A stretch of DNA of 64,000 nt, taken from the NCBI GenBank assembly GCA_014905635.1, contig JABVCE010000017.1:248001-312000 (forward strand), given 5' to 3'. Below, piece by piece: positions 46,901-58,900 of the stretch. The notes under the pieces were generated by a model. That model saw only the letters and a program-made list of their open reading frames with translations. It made no database searches and was not told the DNA's origin. Numbering within the stretch: the first letter of the stretch is position 1; every line of letters begins with the position of its first letter. This stretch comes from Scenedesmus sp. PABB004 (lineage: Eukaryota). A program made the position numbers and the translations under genes.

Positions 46901-49900
46901 CCCGCAGCGCCGGCGGCGCCGGCGCCGGCGACGGCGGCTGCGGCGGCAGCGGTGCCGCAGGTGCTGGGCCTCGCGTGCCTGCGCGACGCCGCCGAGGTGC
47001 GGCGCTGCGCCGCGCGCGGGGGCCGCCGCCCGCCCGCCCGCGCGCGCGTCGCGCCGCTGCCCGCGCGCCGCGCGGCGCCGCGGCGGCCCACGGCGCGCGC
47101 CGCGTCCGCGTCCGCGTCCGCGCGCAGGCGGCGCACCTGCAGCCCCCCACGGGGTCATGCTGCCGCTGCGGGGCCACCTGGTCGCCGACATCGAGGCGTA
47201 CGCGCCCGCTGGCGCGCCGCCAGCAGCAGCGGCGCCGGCGGCGCCGGCGCGCGCGGCGGCAGCAGCGGCGCGCTCGGCGCCGCTGACCGGGGCGACAGCG
47301 GCGCGCTCACCACGGTGCGCCGGCGCACGCGGCTGGCATGCGACGAGCGCAGCGCGCGGGGCTTCGTGCCTCCCCTCGCTCCCTCGCTCGCCCGCTCGCT
47401 CGCTTGCCCCAAACCCTGAATCCTGAACCGCCGCCGTGCCCGACTCCATCAAAATCCCCAACCCCAAAACCCCAGATAACCAAGTGGTTCCAGTCCCACA
47501 ACTTCCGGGCGCCCGAGGACGAGCCGCCGGCCGACGGCGACGACGCGGGCGCGGGCGCGCGCGGCGCGGCGGCCGCCGCGGCCGCTGCCGCCGCGGGCGC
47601 GGGCGTGTGGGCGCGGCAGCAGGCGCCCGCGGCGCTCGACCTCGGGCACATCACCCCCGCGCAGCACCGCATGCTGGAGGAGAGCGTCAAGCAGTGAGCG
47701 CCGCTAAACCCTGCCGCTGCCCTGCCGCGCGGCGCTAAACCCTGCCCTGCCGCGCCGCGGCCGCGCCCGCCGCCGCGCTGCGCGCCTGCCCAAAACCCTG
47801 ACCCGCCCAAAACCCTCCCGCCCCGCCCCTCGACCTAAACCCTCCCAGCAACTTCCTGTTCTCCCACCTCAGCGCCGCGGACCGCCTCGCCGCGTACAAG
47901 GCGATGCGCCGCGTGGAGGTCGAGGTGCGGCGGGGTTTAGGCGCCGGGGCTCAGGGTTGGTTCCGGGGGCCTGAGCCGCCGCCGCGCCGGGCTGGCGGCA
48001 CGCGGGCGGCGGGGCGCGTCGCCGGCCGGCCCGCGCTCGAGGGTGGGATCCGTCACGGTCCCCCCGCACGGCCGTGCGGGCGGCCGTGCGCATCCCACCC
48101 TCCGGCGCGGGGCGGCCGGCGGCGCGCCGCGCCGGGGCGCGGCGTGGCGCGGCGCGGCGGCCGCGCCGGCGGCGCCGCCCGCGCTGCCTCGACCAGCCCC
48201 TGCCTGCCGCAGCCCGCGACCTTGACGCGCGCCCGCCGCCCGCCGCACGCGCGCACGCGCACGCAACACGACTGTGCCGTGCACAATGCACAACGCGACT
48301 GCACAATGCGCGCGCGCAGCCCGGGCAGGTGATCATTGCTCAGGGCGAGCGTGGGGACGATTTCTATGTGGTCGAGGCGGGAGAGTTTGACGTCATGGTC
48401 GGGGAGCAGGTGGGCGGCGCGTTTGATTTTGAATCTGAACTTGACGGTTTGACCTGCGGGCGCGGCGGAGGGCAGGGAGCCGGCGGCGGCGCGCGGCGCG
48501 CGGCGCCGCCCACCCGCCGCGCCGCGCCGCGCCGCGCCGCGCCGCAGGCGGAGCTCGACGCCGCGGCCGACGCGCAGGAGCAGCTGTACGAGCAGCAGCT
48601 GCAGCAGCGCGGCAGCAGCAGCGGCAGCAGCAGCAGCAGCAGCAGGCGGCGGGCGCGCCGGCGGCGCCGCCGGCGCAGCAGCCGGCGCCCGCGGCGGCGC
48701 AGCCGCCGCCCGACCCCGTGTCGCGGCGGAGCATGAGCAGCGGCGGGTCGATGCTGCTGGACAACGACCTCATGGCAGGTGAGCGGGCGGGCGGGCGGGT
48801 GTTACATAACACATGACGCGATGATCCAAAAAAACGCTTTTGACAGCGGGGGACGCGGCGGCCCCGGGGCGCGCGGCGCGAGAAAACCACGCACACATGT
48901 ATGATGCCCTGACAAAACGCCGCGAACACACGACACAACGCCGCCGCCGCCCGCGGCCGCCGCCGCCAGACATCGCCGCGGTCGCGGTGGACGAGCGGCT
49001 GACGGCGCTGCAGGAGGAGGAGGAGCTCGCGGCCGGCGGGCGCAGCCCGAGCGGCAGCGTGATGAGCGGGACCACCGGCGGCGCGCCGACCCTGGGTGCG
49101 CGGGGTTTAGGGTCTAGAGGACCTGCGCACGGGGTTTAGGGTTTGAGGTCTAGGCCCTGCCCGCGCGCGCCCCTGCCGCCTCGCACGCGCGCGAGCATGC
49201 ACGGCCAAAGAGCACGGGCGCGCGCCCGCGCCCCCCTGCCCGCCCCGCCCGCGCGCAGGCGGCGGCGGCTCCGAGCTCGGCCTGCTGGGCGGCCAGCAGA
49301 CGCCGTGGGGCGAGCTGGTGCACACGTATGTTGCGCCGCCGCCGACCGGCCCCGACGCCGGCGGGCCGCACCCGACGTTTGGGGAGCTGGCGCTGCTCTA
49401 CGGTGGGTGTGGCGGCGCCACAAAACCCTAGCCAGCAGCGGGGGTTTAAGGAGCCAGCGGGGGGGGGGGGGGGGGGTTTAAGGAGCCAGCGGGGGCAGTG
49501 GGGTTGAGGTCGAGTGGGGCGCGTCGCGGAGGGCGGCCGCCGCCGCGGCGGGCCCACGCCGCCGCGCCGCGCCGCGCGCCGCCGCGCCCGCAGGCAAGCC
49601 CCGCGCGGCGACGGTCGTCGCGCAGACGCCGGGCGTGCTGTGGCAGCTGGCGCGGCACGACTTCCGCGCCGCGCTGCAGGTGGGTGGGTGTGGGTGTGGG
49701 TGTGACGGGGGGGGGGGGGGTCGGGCTGCGGCTCCCGCCCGCGGCCCTGCCCTGCCGCGGCCGCCGGCGCCGGGCGACGCCCCTGAGGCTGCGCGACGCC
49801 TCTGAGGCCGCGCCCCCGCCCCTGCCCCTTTTCCTGCCCACCCGACCCTCACCCCAGGCTGCGCGCGGCGACCCGGACGACCAGGTGCGGCGGCCGCTGC

Positions 49901-52900
49901 TGCCGCCGCTGCCGCTGCCGCCCCTGCCGCTGCTGCCGCTCTGCCCCCCCCCCCTCCCACACACCACACACAACGCACACCACACACACCGCGCCCTAAA
50001 CCCCAGGTGCTGCGCACGCTGCGCAACTGCGAGCTGCTGGAGTGCATGACCAACGCCCAGCTGCTCATGCTGTCAGACCTGCTGCAGCCGGTGCGCGGGG
50101 CCGGGGGCGGGCCAAGGGTTTAGGGCTTTAGGCGCGCGCGCGCGCGGTGGGGGCTCGCTCGCTTGCGGCTGGCAGTGCGTCGCGGCCGGGGGAGGCGGTC
50201 GGGCGGGCCCGCAGCGTCGGCGCGCCGCCGCCGCGCGCGGCCCCTCTCTTTCTCTCTCTCCGCCGCGCGCGGCCCCCTCTTTCGCTCTCTCTCTCTCTCT
50301 CTTCTCTCCCTCTTCCACACGCACTCACTCGCCGCCTCGCCCCCCCCCCTGAAACGCTAACACCCCCACCCACCCACCCACCCACAGCGCATCTACCAGG
50401 ACGGCGCCTTCATCATACAGCAGGGCGAGACGAGCGACGAGTTTTTCATCGTCGCGCAGGTGCGTTACTTTTGATGTTACTTTTGTGTCACTTTGCTGTC
50501 ATGTGTTTTTTTTTTGTATTTTGTCCTCGCCGCCCGCCCCTTGCGGCGCGCCGCCGCCGCGCAACGCGCCGCCGCCGCCGCGGCCGCCGCCGCCGTGCCG
50601 CGCGCGCAGGGCAACGTCGTCGCCGTCGTGCGCCCGTCCGGCGGCGCGGCGCCCGACGGCGCCGCCGGCGCCGGCGCCGCCGGCGCGGGGCGTGAAGTCC
50701 TGAAGATGGGCCCGGGGGCTTTCTTTGGCGAGAAGGTCCTGCTTGGCGAGCACGCGCGGCCGGCGAGCATGGTCGCGCGCGGCCGGGTGCGCGGCGCGGC
50801 GCGGCGCGGCGCGGCGCGGCGCGGGAGAAGCGAGCGGGGAGCGAGGGAGGGAGTGCGCAGCGGCGGCGTTCTCCCTCGCCTGTGCTGCTGACGCGCCCCG
50901 CGCGCCCGCGCGCCCCGCGCGCCCCCCGCGCGCCCCGCGCGCCCCGCGCAGGTGCTGCTGCTCGCCGGGTCGCGGGGCACCTTTGAGGCGGCGTTCGGCC
51001 CGCTCAGCGCGCTGCAGGCCGACCACGCCGCGTGGGCCGCCTGGCTCGGCAGGCAGCGCGACCTGCTCGCGCGCGGCAAGCTGCTCGGGCCAAAGCACAC
51101 TCAGCTGCTCGAGGTGCGGCGGCGGCGCGGCGGCGGGCCGCGGCGGCGGGCCGCGGCGGCGCAGCCCGGCCCCGGCCGCCTGGATCCCGGGGGCGCGCCG
51201 CGCGCGCGCGCGGGATCGCGCGCGCCCCCCTTTGCCGCGCGCAGCCCTCTGCACGCGCGTCGCCGAGCCCGCGCGCCGCTCAAAACCTCCCTCGCCCTAA
51301 ACCCCAAACCTTGCCGCCGCCCTGAACCCCGCCAGGCCGAGTTTGACCCGCAGTCGCTGCAGCTCCGCGGCTGCCTGTGGATGCTGAACGAGGCCGCCGC
51401 GCTCGCCGCGCTCGGCACGCCCGGCGGCGGCGGCGACCTCGCGCTCACGGGGCGGCTCTACAGCGTCGAGGGTGCGGCTTAAGGGTTTGGGGCGGGCGTT
51501 TAGACCCTAGGGTCTAGCCGTGCGGCTGTTTGGGGGCTGAACCCTGGGCGGGGGCGGCGAGGCCGCGCCCGCGCTCGCGCTCACTCGCCGCCGCCGCCGC
51601 CGCCGCCCGGCGCCGCAGTCGTGGAGCGGCGAGGGCTCGGCGCGTCGGTCGCGCGCGCGCGCCGCGTCGCGGCGTCGCTGCCGCCCTGCCTGTTCGTGCC
51701 CCACACCGTCGCGGCGTGGGCCGCGCCGCGGCCGCGCGGCGGCCCCGCCGTCGTCGCGGGCGAGGCGCTCGCGACGGTCGGCGTCTGCACGCTCGCCGCG
51801 CTGCTGCAGGGGGTGCGTGCGCCGCGCCGCCGCCGCGCCGCCGCCGCCGCCGGCGTGCCGCGCCGCCGCCCGCCTCCTCCCTCCACCCCCTTTGCACGCA
51901 TCAATTCGAACACAGTCTAGTCTAACACCGCAACTTGTTACAACTCAAATCATAACACGCCCGCCCGCCCGCCCGCCGCGCGCAGGGCCCGCTCGACGAG
52001 CGCTCCGCCGCGTACGTGAGCGCGATGGCGCTGCTCGGCTTGAGCCACCTGCACCGCCTAGGACTGATGTACCGCGGGCTGTCGGCGATCACGCTGCTCG
52101 TTACCGAGGGCGGCCTGGTGCAGCTCGTGGACTTCAGGTGCGGCGCGGCCAGGGCTTGGCGGCAGGGCCTCAGGCGGGGGCGTGCACGCGCATGCAGGCG
52201 ACACATTCCATAGCACACATGCATGTGCGCGGCCGAGCTGCCCGGCTGGGCGTAGTGTACGGGTGTCAAGGCGCGATAACACTCGTACACTACGCCCAGC
52301 CGGGCAGCTCGGCCGCCTGCATGCATGTGTGCGTGTGATTGGACGCGGGCGTGGTTCAGGCAGGGTCTCGACGGACGGGGCCGAGCGCGGCGCGGGGCGT
52401 CAAAACGCGCGGCGTCCCCGCCCGGCCGCCGCGGCGCCTCACCCGCGCCGCGCCGCCCACGCGCCGCGCGGCGCCGCGCGGCGCAGGTTTGCGCGGCGCG
52501 CGGTCGGCCGCGCGTTCACGCTGTGCGGCGTGCCGGAGTATCTGGCGCCCGAGGTGGTCGGCGGCACGGGGCACGACGAGAGCGCCGACCTCTGGGCGCT
52601 CGGGGTGCTCATATATCACCTCATCACCGGTCAGGGGCAGGCACTCCGGGGGTTTAGGGGTCGCGCCGAGGGTTTAGGAGTTCAGGGGACGGCGCAGGGC
52701 TCAAGCGCAGGGAGGCCGCCGAGGGCGTTTGTTTGTTTTGCTTGGCGCGTGCCGCGCGCCGCGCGCCGCCGCCGCGCCGTGCGCCGCCGCCGACTCGTCC
52801 GCGCCGCACCGCGCCGCGCCAGGTGGCACGCCGTTTGCGCAGCTGGGCGACGACGAGCTGCGCATCTATCGGCGCATCCTGCGCGCCGCGCCGCGCTGGC

Positions 52901-53525
52901 CCGACACGCCCGCGGGGCACGAGGTCTCGGCCGACGCGCGCGACGTCGTCGCGCAGCTGCTCCGCCGCGACCCGGCGACGCGGCTCGGCGTGGTGCGCGC
53001 GCGGGCGCCGCGCCGCGCCGCGCGCCGCGCCGCGCCCGCCGCCGCCGCAGCGCCGCCAACCCCGCGGCGGCGCCAAAACACGTGCCGCCGCCGGCTCGCG
53101 CCGCCGCCGCCGCAGGGCAAGGGCGGCATCGCGCGGCTGCGCGCGCACCCCTGGTTCCGCTCGATCCACTGGGACGACCTCGAGGAGGGGCGCACCATGG
53201 TGCGGAGGGTTTAGCGGAGGTCAAAACGGGGTTTAGGCGAGCGCAGCGGGGCTCGGCAGCGGAGGGGCTGGGCCGCCGTCGGTGGGCCGCCGCTGGCCGC
53301 CAAAGTCAGCGGCGCGGCGCGCCCCGGGCCCCCGCTGCGCCGCTGCGCTCCCTCCTGCGTGCGCGGCCCGCCCGCTAAACCCCGGCCGCCCGCAAAACCC
53401 CGCAGGTCCCGCTGGGCCTCCGCGAGCGGCTCTTCCACTCGGCCGGCGGCGGCGAGCTCGGGCCGTGGGCGCCCGCGGCGCGCGCGCCGGGCGCGACGGA
53501 CCCGGCCTGGCTGGAGGAGTTTTGA
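43905..53525 (+). CDS. Protein phosphatase 2C + two cyclic-nucleotide-binding domains + AGC-like (pseudo)kinase domain protein
   Basis: N-terminal MGCGGSK (acylation motif). PP2[58 protein letters not shown]...[16 protein letters not shown] and [14 protein letters not shown]...FFGEKVLL. Kinase: YRGL...LVDFRFAR...[29 protein letters not shown]. Ends PAWLEEF*. Confidence 0.92.
52213..52332. repeat. Near-perfect inverted repeat (hairpin) inside an intron; candidate miRNA precursor or MITE remnant
   Basis: 52229-52261 is the exact reverse complement of 52284-52316 (33 bp). The outer arms GCACACATGCATG / CATGCATGTGTGC also pair. Confidence 0.9.
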
Positions 53526-54142
53526 GGGGCCGGGAGCCCCGCGCGCGCCGCGAGCGGGCGGCGGCGGCGCGGGCGCCGCGGACGGCGCACGCGGCGCGGG
53601 GGCGCAGCCGTCGCTGCGCGTCGGACGGGCGGGCGGCTGCGCGTCCGCTCGTGGCCATTTGCTGGGCGGCCATCGGGGCGGCGTCAGCGAAGCACTGGCG
53701 CTGAAAGGGGGGGGACGGTAGGATCGGCCGGGGGCTTTAAAGCTTGCGCCCCGTGCCCGCGGCGGCGACGGGGCAGGGGCAGGGCCGGCGCCAGCCCCGG
53801 GCGCCGACCCGGCGGCGGGGCTGAAACGCGCCGGGTTGGCTCGGACGGCGGGCCCCCGCGGGCCGGCCGGAGCGTGGGAGCGGGGCGCTGCCGGCCCGCG
53901 AGCGGCGGCGGCAGCGGCGTCGCGCGCACACACAGATATGTGGCCGATCGGTTCACGCAACGGGGGCGCTGCGCTGCACAACCCAACCCGGCACGGCGCC
54001 CTGCGCACACGTGTGACACGGCCCCCTCGCGCCCCGGCGCCGCCGCCGCCGCGTTTATGCGTTGCGCCGGCGCCGCCGCTGCGCGCCGTCCCCAGCCGCC
54101 GCTGGCCAGTCAGTCAGCGTCCTCCTCGTGCAGTCAGCCCGC

Positions 54143-54827
54143 CTACTTCTCGTCCTCCTCCTCCTCCTCCTCCAGATGCACCACGCCGCCCTCCTCCTCC
54201 TTGAACCGCGCCCACGCGGCGGGGCTGAGCGCCGCGGCGCGCTCGGCCGTCGCCCTGGCCGTGTCTGGGCCATCTGCCAGCCAGTCTTTGTACCTGTTGA
54301 TCAGGTGGTCGAGGTACTGTTGCACCTCCCAGAGCTCCGGCACGGTGAAGTCGACGCCTTGCGGCGCGCAGGGTGCAGCGGCGCGCACGGCACGCGCGCG
54401 CGGCGGCGGCGGGGTGGGCGCCAGGTGCGCGGCCGGGCGGCGGCCCGCGCGCGCGCGGCGCGCGGCGCTCGCCGGCCCGCGCGGCGGCAAAGCCGCTCAG
54501 CCCCCACCCACCGTCGGTGCGCGCGAGCAGAACCTCGCCGAGCCCGTCGAGCTGCACCCAGGGCGGCGCAAAGCCCGACTTTGGGTCAATCAGCAGAAAG
54601 ACCGCCGGCTGCTCAAACTTGACCCGCGTGTTGAAGTTTGTCGGCGCGAGCTGCTGCAGCGCGAGCGGCAGGCCCAGCAGCACCGGCACGGGGCAGGTGA
54701 TCCAGGACCGCGCGCCGGCGCAGCGGCCCGGGTTGAGCGGCGCCGCGGCGGGCAGCCCCGCCGCCTGCTCGGCCGTGAGCTCGACGGCGGTCGCGTCCAC
54801 GCCGTACAGGCGCACGCCCATGACCAT
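54143..54827 (-). CDS. Hypothetical protein, two exons
   Basis: Non-repetitive, protein-like sequence CPVPVLLGLPL...AVFLLIDPKSGFAPPWVQLDGLGEVLLARTDG|VDFTVPELWEVQQYLDHL, with an acidic tail. Confidence 0.7.
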
Positions 54828-55996
54828 CGCTGCCCGCTTCTGGCGCAGGGGCGCGTTGCCGGGCTGCTGGCGGGCACCGTGCGGCGGCGGGCACCGTGCG
54901 GCGGTCGGGCAGCAGCGGCAGCGGCGCCGTGCTGGGGTGTGCGCGTGCTGCTGGCCCCCCGCGCGCTCGGGAGGTGCAGGGCCGAGTGTTTCGGGTGCGA
55001 AAAGCGCGCGAAAGAGAGAGGCGCGGGGCTTTTGATACCGCCCGCGGCCCTGACGAGCATACCGTTGGGAGGGGCGAAACCCTGAGCCGAGAAGGCGACC
55101 GCGCCAGGTCGGTGCCCGGCGTGCGCGGACAGTGCAGCCTCGTCGATGGACGCTGCGACGCCGCGGCAGCGCTCGCCGTCACCCGTCGCGCCCTCGACCG
55201 CCGCTGCTGCCAGCTGCTGGCGCCGGCCGCCAGCGCACGCGCAGGGGCTGATGCGACCGCTGAAGAGCCCCCTTCACGTGTGCTGGGAGGGCCCTGCTGC
55301 GCCCCTGTGCGATGCGTGCGCAAGCCATGCCGTGGCACGCGCGCGCACGGCGCGCAGGCTGACGGGCCCGCAGCCTGCCGCCCGGCCTGCCCCAGCCAGC
55401 TCCTGGCTGCCCCGAAGCTCTGGCAGGCGCTGAGCCAGGTCCCTGATGCTTGTGGTGGCACGGCGCAGATCAGCCGCCTGGACGGACGGGCAGGTCGCGA
55501 CCAGTGCCGCGGCAGCGGCGGCAACGCCGCGCGCCGCGCGCCGGCCGCGGCGGCACGCTGTTCAGCTCGCATGCAGAACACCAGCTCCTTGCAAGCTCGC
55601 CGAGTGCCTGAGCGCCAGGCCGCGCGGGCCTGTGCATGGAGGCGCCGGCTCGACTCGCCATCTCAGGCCGGAATGCCCTCGCGTGCGCGCGCCGCACGCC
55701 GTCCCGCACTGTTGCGGACCGATCGACCATCTCTTCCATGACCCGTCAAGCGCGCCTGGTGCAGCCGCGTCAGCGCCTGCGGCCGCGCGGCTGGCGCGCG
55801 CGCCCGGCCGGCTGCCCGGCTGGACCGCGCACGCCATAGGCCCCCGCCTCGCCGCGGCGCCCGCCACACGCCCCTCCCACCCCTCCCTCCACACGCCCAG
55901 ACACCTGCGCCTGCTCGCCGGCGCGCCCCAGGCCACGCGCTCGAGCGTGCGCCGAGCTCCCCCCGCAGTTGCGCCTCGCCAGCCCGTCGCGTCGCG

Positions 55997-58900
55997 ATGG
56001 CTCCCCAGACCAAGAAGCGCAGCATCTTCTCGAGCTTCATGAAGGGTGCGGCGCGGCCTCGCAGCCCGCCGGCTGGCCGGGGCGGGCGCGGTCAAGGCGG
56101 GCGGTCGCCCCGCCCGCCCCCCCGCGGCGCGCTCTGGCGCTGGTTCCCATCTCAGAGGCCTTTGAACGGGCCCCATAGCCGATCAGCGGGCCAGCGCGGC
56201 GCATCGGCGCGCCCCGGCGCGGGGGCGGGTCCAGCCGGGATGCCCCGGCTGGCCGATAGCGCCCGGCCTGGCCAGGCCGCCTGGCGCGCCCGCACCGGCC
56301 GCGGTGCGCTGATCGCGTTGCCACCGCCCCGCCGCCGCGACGACGCGCGCAGGCAAGGAGGCGGTGGCGGGCACGCAGGTCACCAAGGCCGGCGCGCCCG
56401 CGCCCGCGCGGCGCGCGGAGGGCCCGGTCAAGCCCGCCGCCGGCAAGGCCGGCGCGCCCGTGGTGGCGCCCGTGCGCGTGCCGGCCGGCCCGGGCGCGGC
56501 CGCGCCCGCGGCGGAGGCCAAGCCCGCGCCCAAGGCGGAGCACCCCGCGGTGGCCCGCATGCGCGCCGAGGACGCGCGCGCGGCCTGGCAGGCGCGCCCC
56601 AGCATCCCCGTGCGCCTGCTGGACAACTACATCAACTTCATGGTCATGGGTGAGCGAGCCGCCCGCGCGCCGCAGCGGCGCTGGCCGTGCGGCGCTGGCA
56701 GCCTCGCCGGCGCCGGCGCCGGGCCCGCGCCGCCGCCAGCCAGTCCGGCAGCTCGGGCCCGGGCCCGGCGCACGGCTGGGGCAGCCACGCGGGCTGCCGC
56801 GCGCCGCCGCCGCCGCGCGGGCCAGCCCTGGCTGGTGTCGCCCCCTCGCCGCCTCGCGCCCACCCCGCGGCGCCGCCCGCGCGCCGCGACCCAGGCGAGA
56901 GCGGCCTGGGCAAGACGACGTTCATCCAGAACCTGACCAGCAGCTACAAGAACCGCCGCCCCGCGGCGCACGACGGCAGCAGCACCAGCCTCTCCGCCTT
57001 CCAGGCGCGCGCAGGCTGCTGCCGCGACGCGCGCCGCTCCCTCGCGCTCCCGCTGCGCTCTCTCTGCCCCTGCGCCGCCGCCGTCCCCGCTGAGCCCTGC
57101 CCCCCTGCGCTCAACCCCAAACCGCCAGGCCAACCCCGACGCGCTCAAGACGGTGCTGGAGCCGATGGAGGTCAAGGAGGCCGGCCGCCGCCTGCACGTG
57201 TCCGTGCAGGTGCGCGCCCCGGCCGCCAGCCCCGGCGCCGCGGCCGCGGCTGCTGCTGCCCGGCGCGCCGCCGGCGGCGCGCCGCCCCGCCCCGGCCCCG
57301 CGCGCGCTCCCTCCCTCCCTCCCCGCGGCGCTGCGACCCTGCAAAGCACCCCCGCGGCCCGATCCTCCAACCCGATTCAAACGCCCAATTCGAATTCAAA
57401 CCCTCAACCCTGAACCCTGCCCGCCCGCAGGACATGCCCGGCTGGGGCGACGACATCAACCTCGTGCGCTACCTCCGCATTGTGGTCGACTTCATCCTCT
57501 CTGCGCGCGCCAAGGTGCGGCCCGGCGGCAGGGTTTAGGGTTGTTTTGCAGGTTTTTTGTACCGCGGCGCGGCGCGGTCAATGTTCGGCGGAGCGCGCGG
57601 CGGGCGGCGCGGCGGCCCCGACCGCCCACACTCGCACACTCACACACACTCTCACACACTCGCACACACACGCGCCGCCCCCGCCCGCCTCGCAGGACTA
57701 CGAGCTGCTCGCGGGCGCGCGCGGGCTCAACGAGGCCGCGATGTGCGGCCAGCTCGCACACAGCGTGACGGCGGTCGTCTACTTCCTCAGCCCCCACCGC
57801 GTGAAGAAGGTCGACCTCATCATCATGGCCGCCCTCAGCCAGCTGGTGAGTGAGGGGCGTGGCGTGGCTTGACGCGGCGCCGGGGGCTTGGTTGTTTGAC
57901 GCGAACGGGCTGGCTTTGGCGTGAGAGGCTTTGCCCAAGGCTTGACCCGGCGCGTCGTGTGCAGGCGTCAGCTCAGCCGTGGCGCACGCGAGCGCCGCGC
58001 CGCGAGCGCCGCGGGCCGCTGAGCCCCGCCCCGCCCCGCCCTTGCCCGCCCTGAACCCTGACCACCCCTGAACCCCTAAACCCCAGGTCACCGTCATCCC
58101 CGTGATTGCCAAGGCCGACACCATGACCGACCGCGAGCTGGTCGCGTTCCGCAAGGAGGTGCGGTGCAAACGGGAGGGAGGGAGGGAGGGAGGGAGGGAG
58201 GGAGGGAGGGAGGGAGGGGGAGGGAAGGAGGGAGGGAGGGAGGGAGGGAAGGAGGGAGGGAGGGAGGGAGGGAGGGACGGCCGCAGCGGGCGCGCCGGCG
58301 CGCGCTGGCGCCGCTTTCCGCCCGTGCGCGCCCACGCCCACCACGCCCCGTCGCGCCGCGCCCGCGCAGGTGCGCGCGATGCTCGCGGCGCCGTCCAAGT
58401 TTGCGCCGTCGGCGGCGCGCGGCCTCGCGCCGCTCGAGTTTGCGGGCTTTGGCTTCGCCCCGGACGTGCTCGCCGACCTCGGCATCGGCGCGGAGGGCCT
58501 GCCCCTCGCGCTCATCACCTCGAACGAGCACGAGCCGGTGGGTGTTTCTTTGTGCTGCGCTTGTGCGTTGATCTGTGGATCCACAGATTTGGACTCAAAA
58601 CGCTGGAGGGGCAGACCGTTGCGGCCCGCGCGCGGCCAAAACAAAACGAAACTCACCACCTGCGCCGCCACTCGCTCACTCCGCCCTCAACCCTGAACCC
58701 CAGCTGGCCGACAAGGGCATCGCGGCCGAGCTCGGCCTGGACTCGGCCGAGGTGCAGCAGCCCGTGCGCAACTACCGGTGCGCTGCCGGGGGGGCCTCTG
58801 CCGCCGCGGCCGCGCCGCGCCCGCGCGCCGCTTGCCGCTCCCTCAACCCCGGACCACCACTAAACCCCGCCCGCCCGCCGCGCAGGTGGGGCGCGGCGTA

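Noticed and set aside
46040..53240. TTTAGGG clusters as a true chromosome end
   Set aside because: The motifs are short, degenerate, occur in both orientations and sit inside introns of an intact gene.
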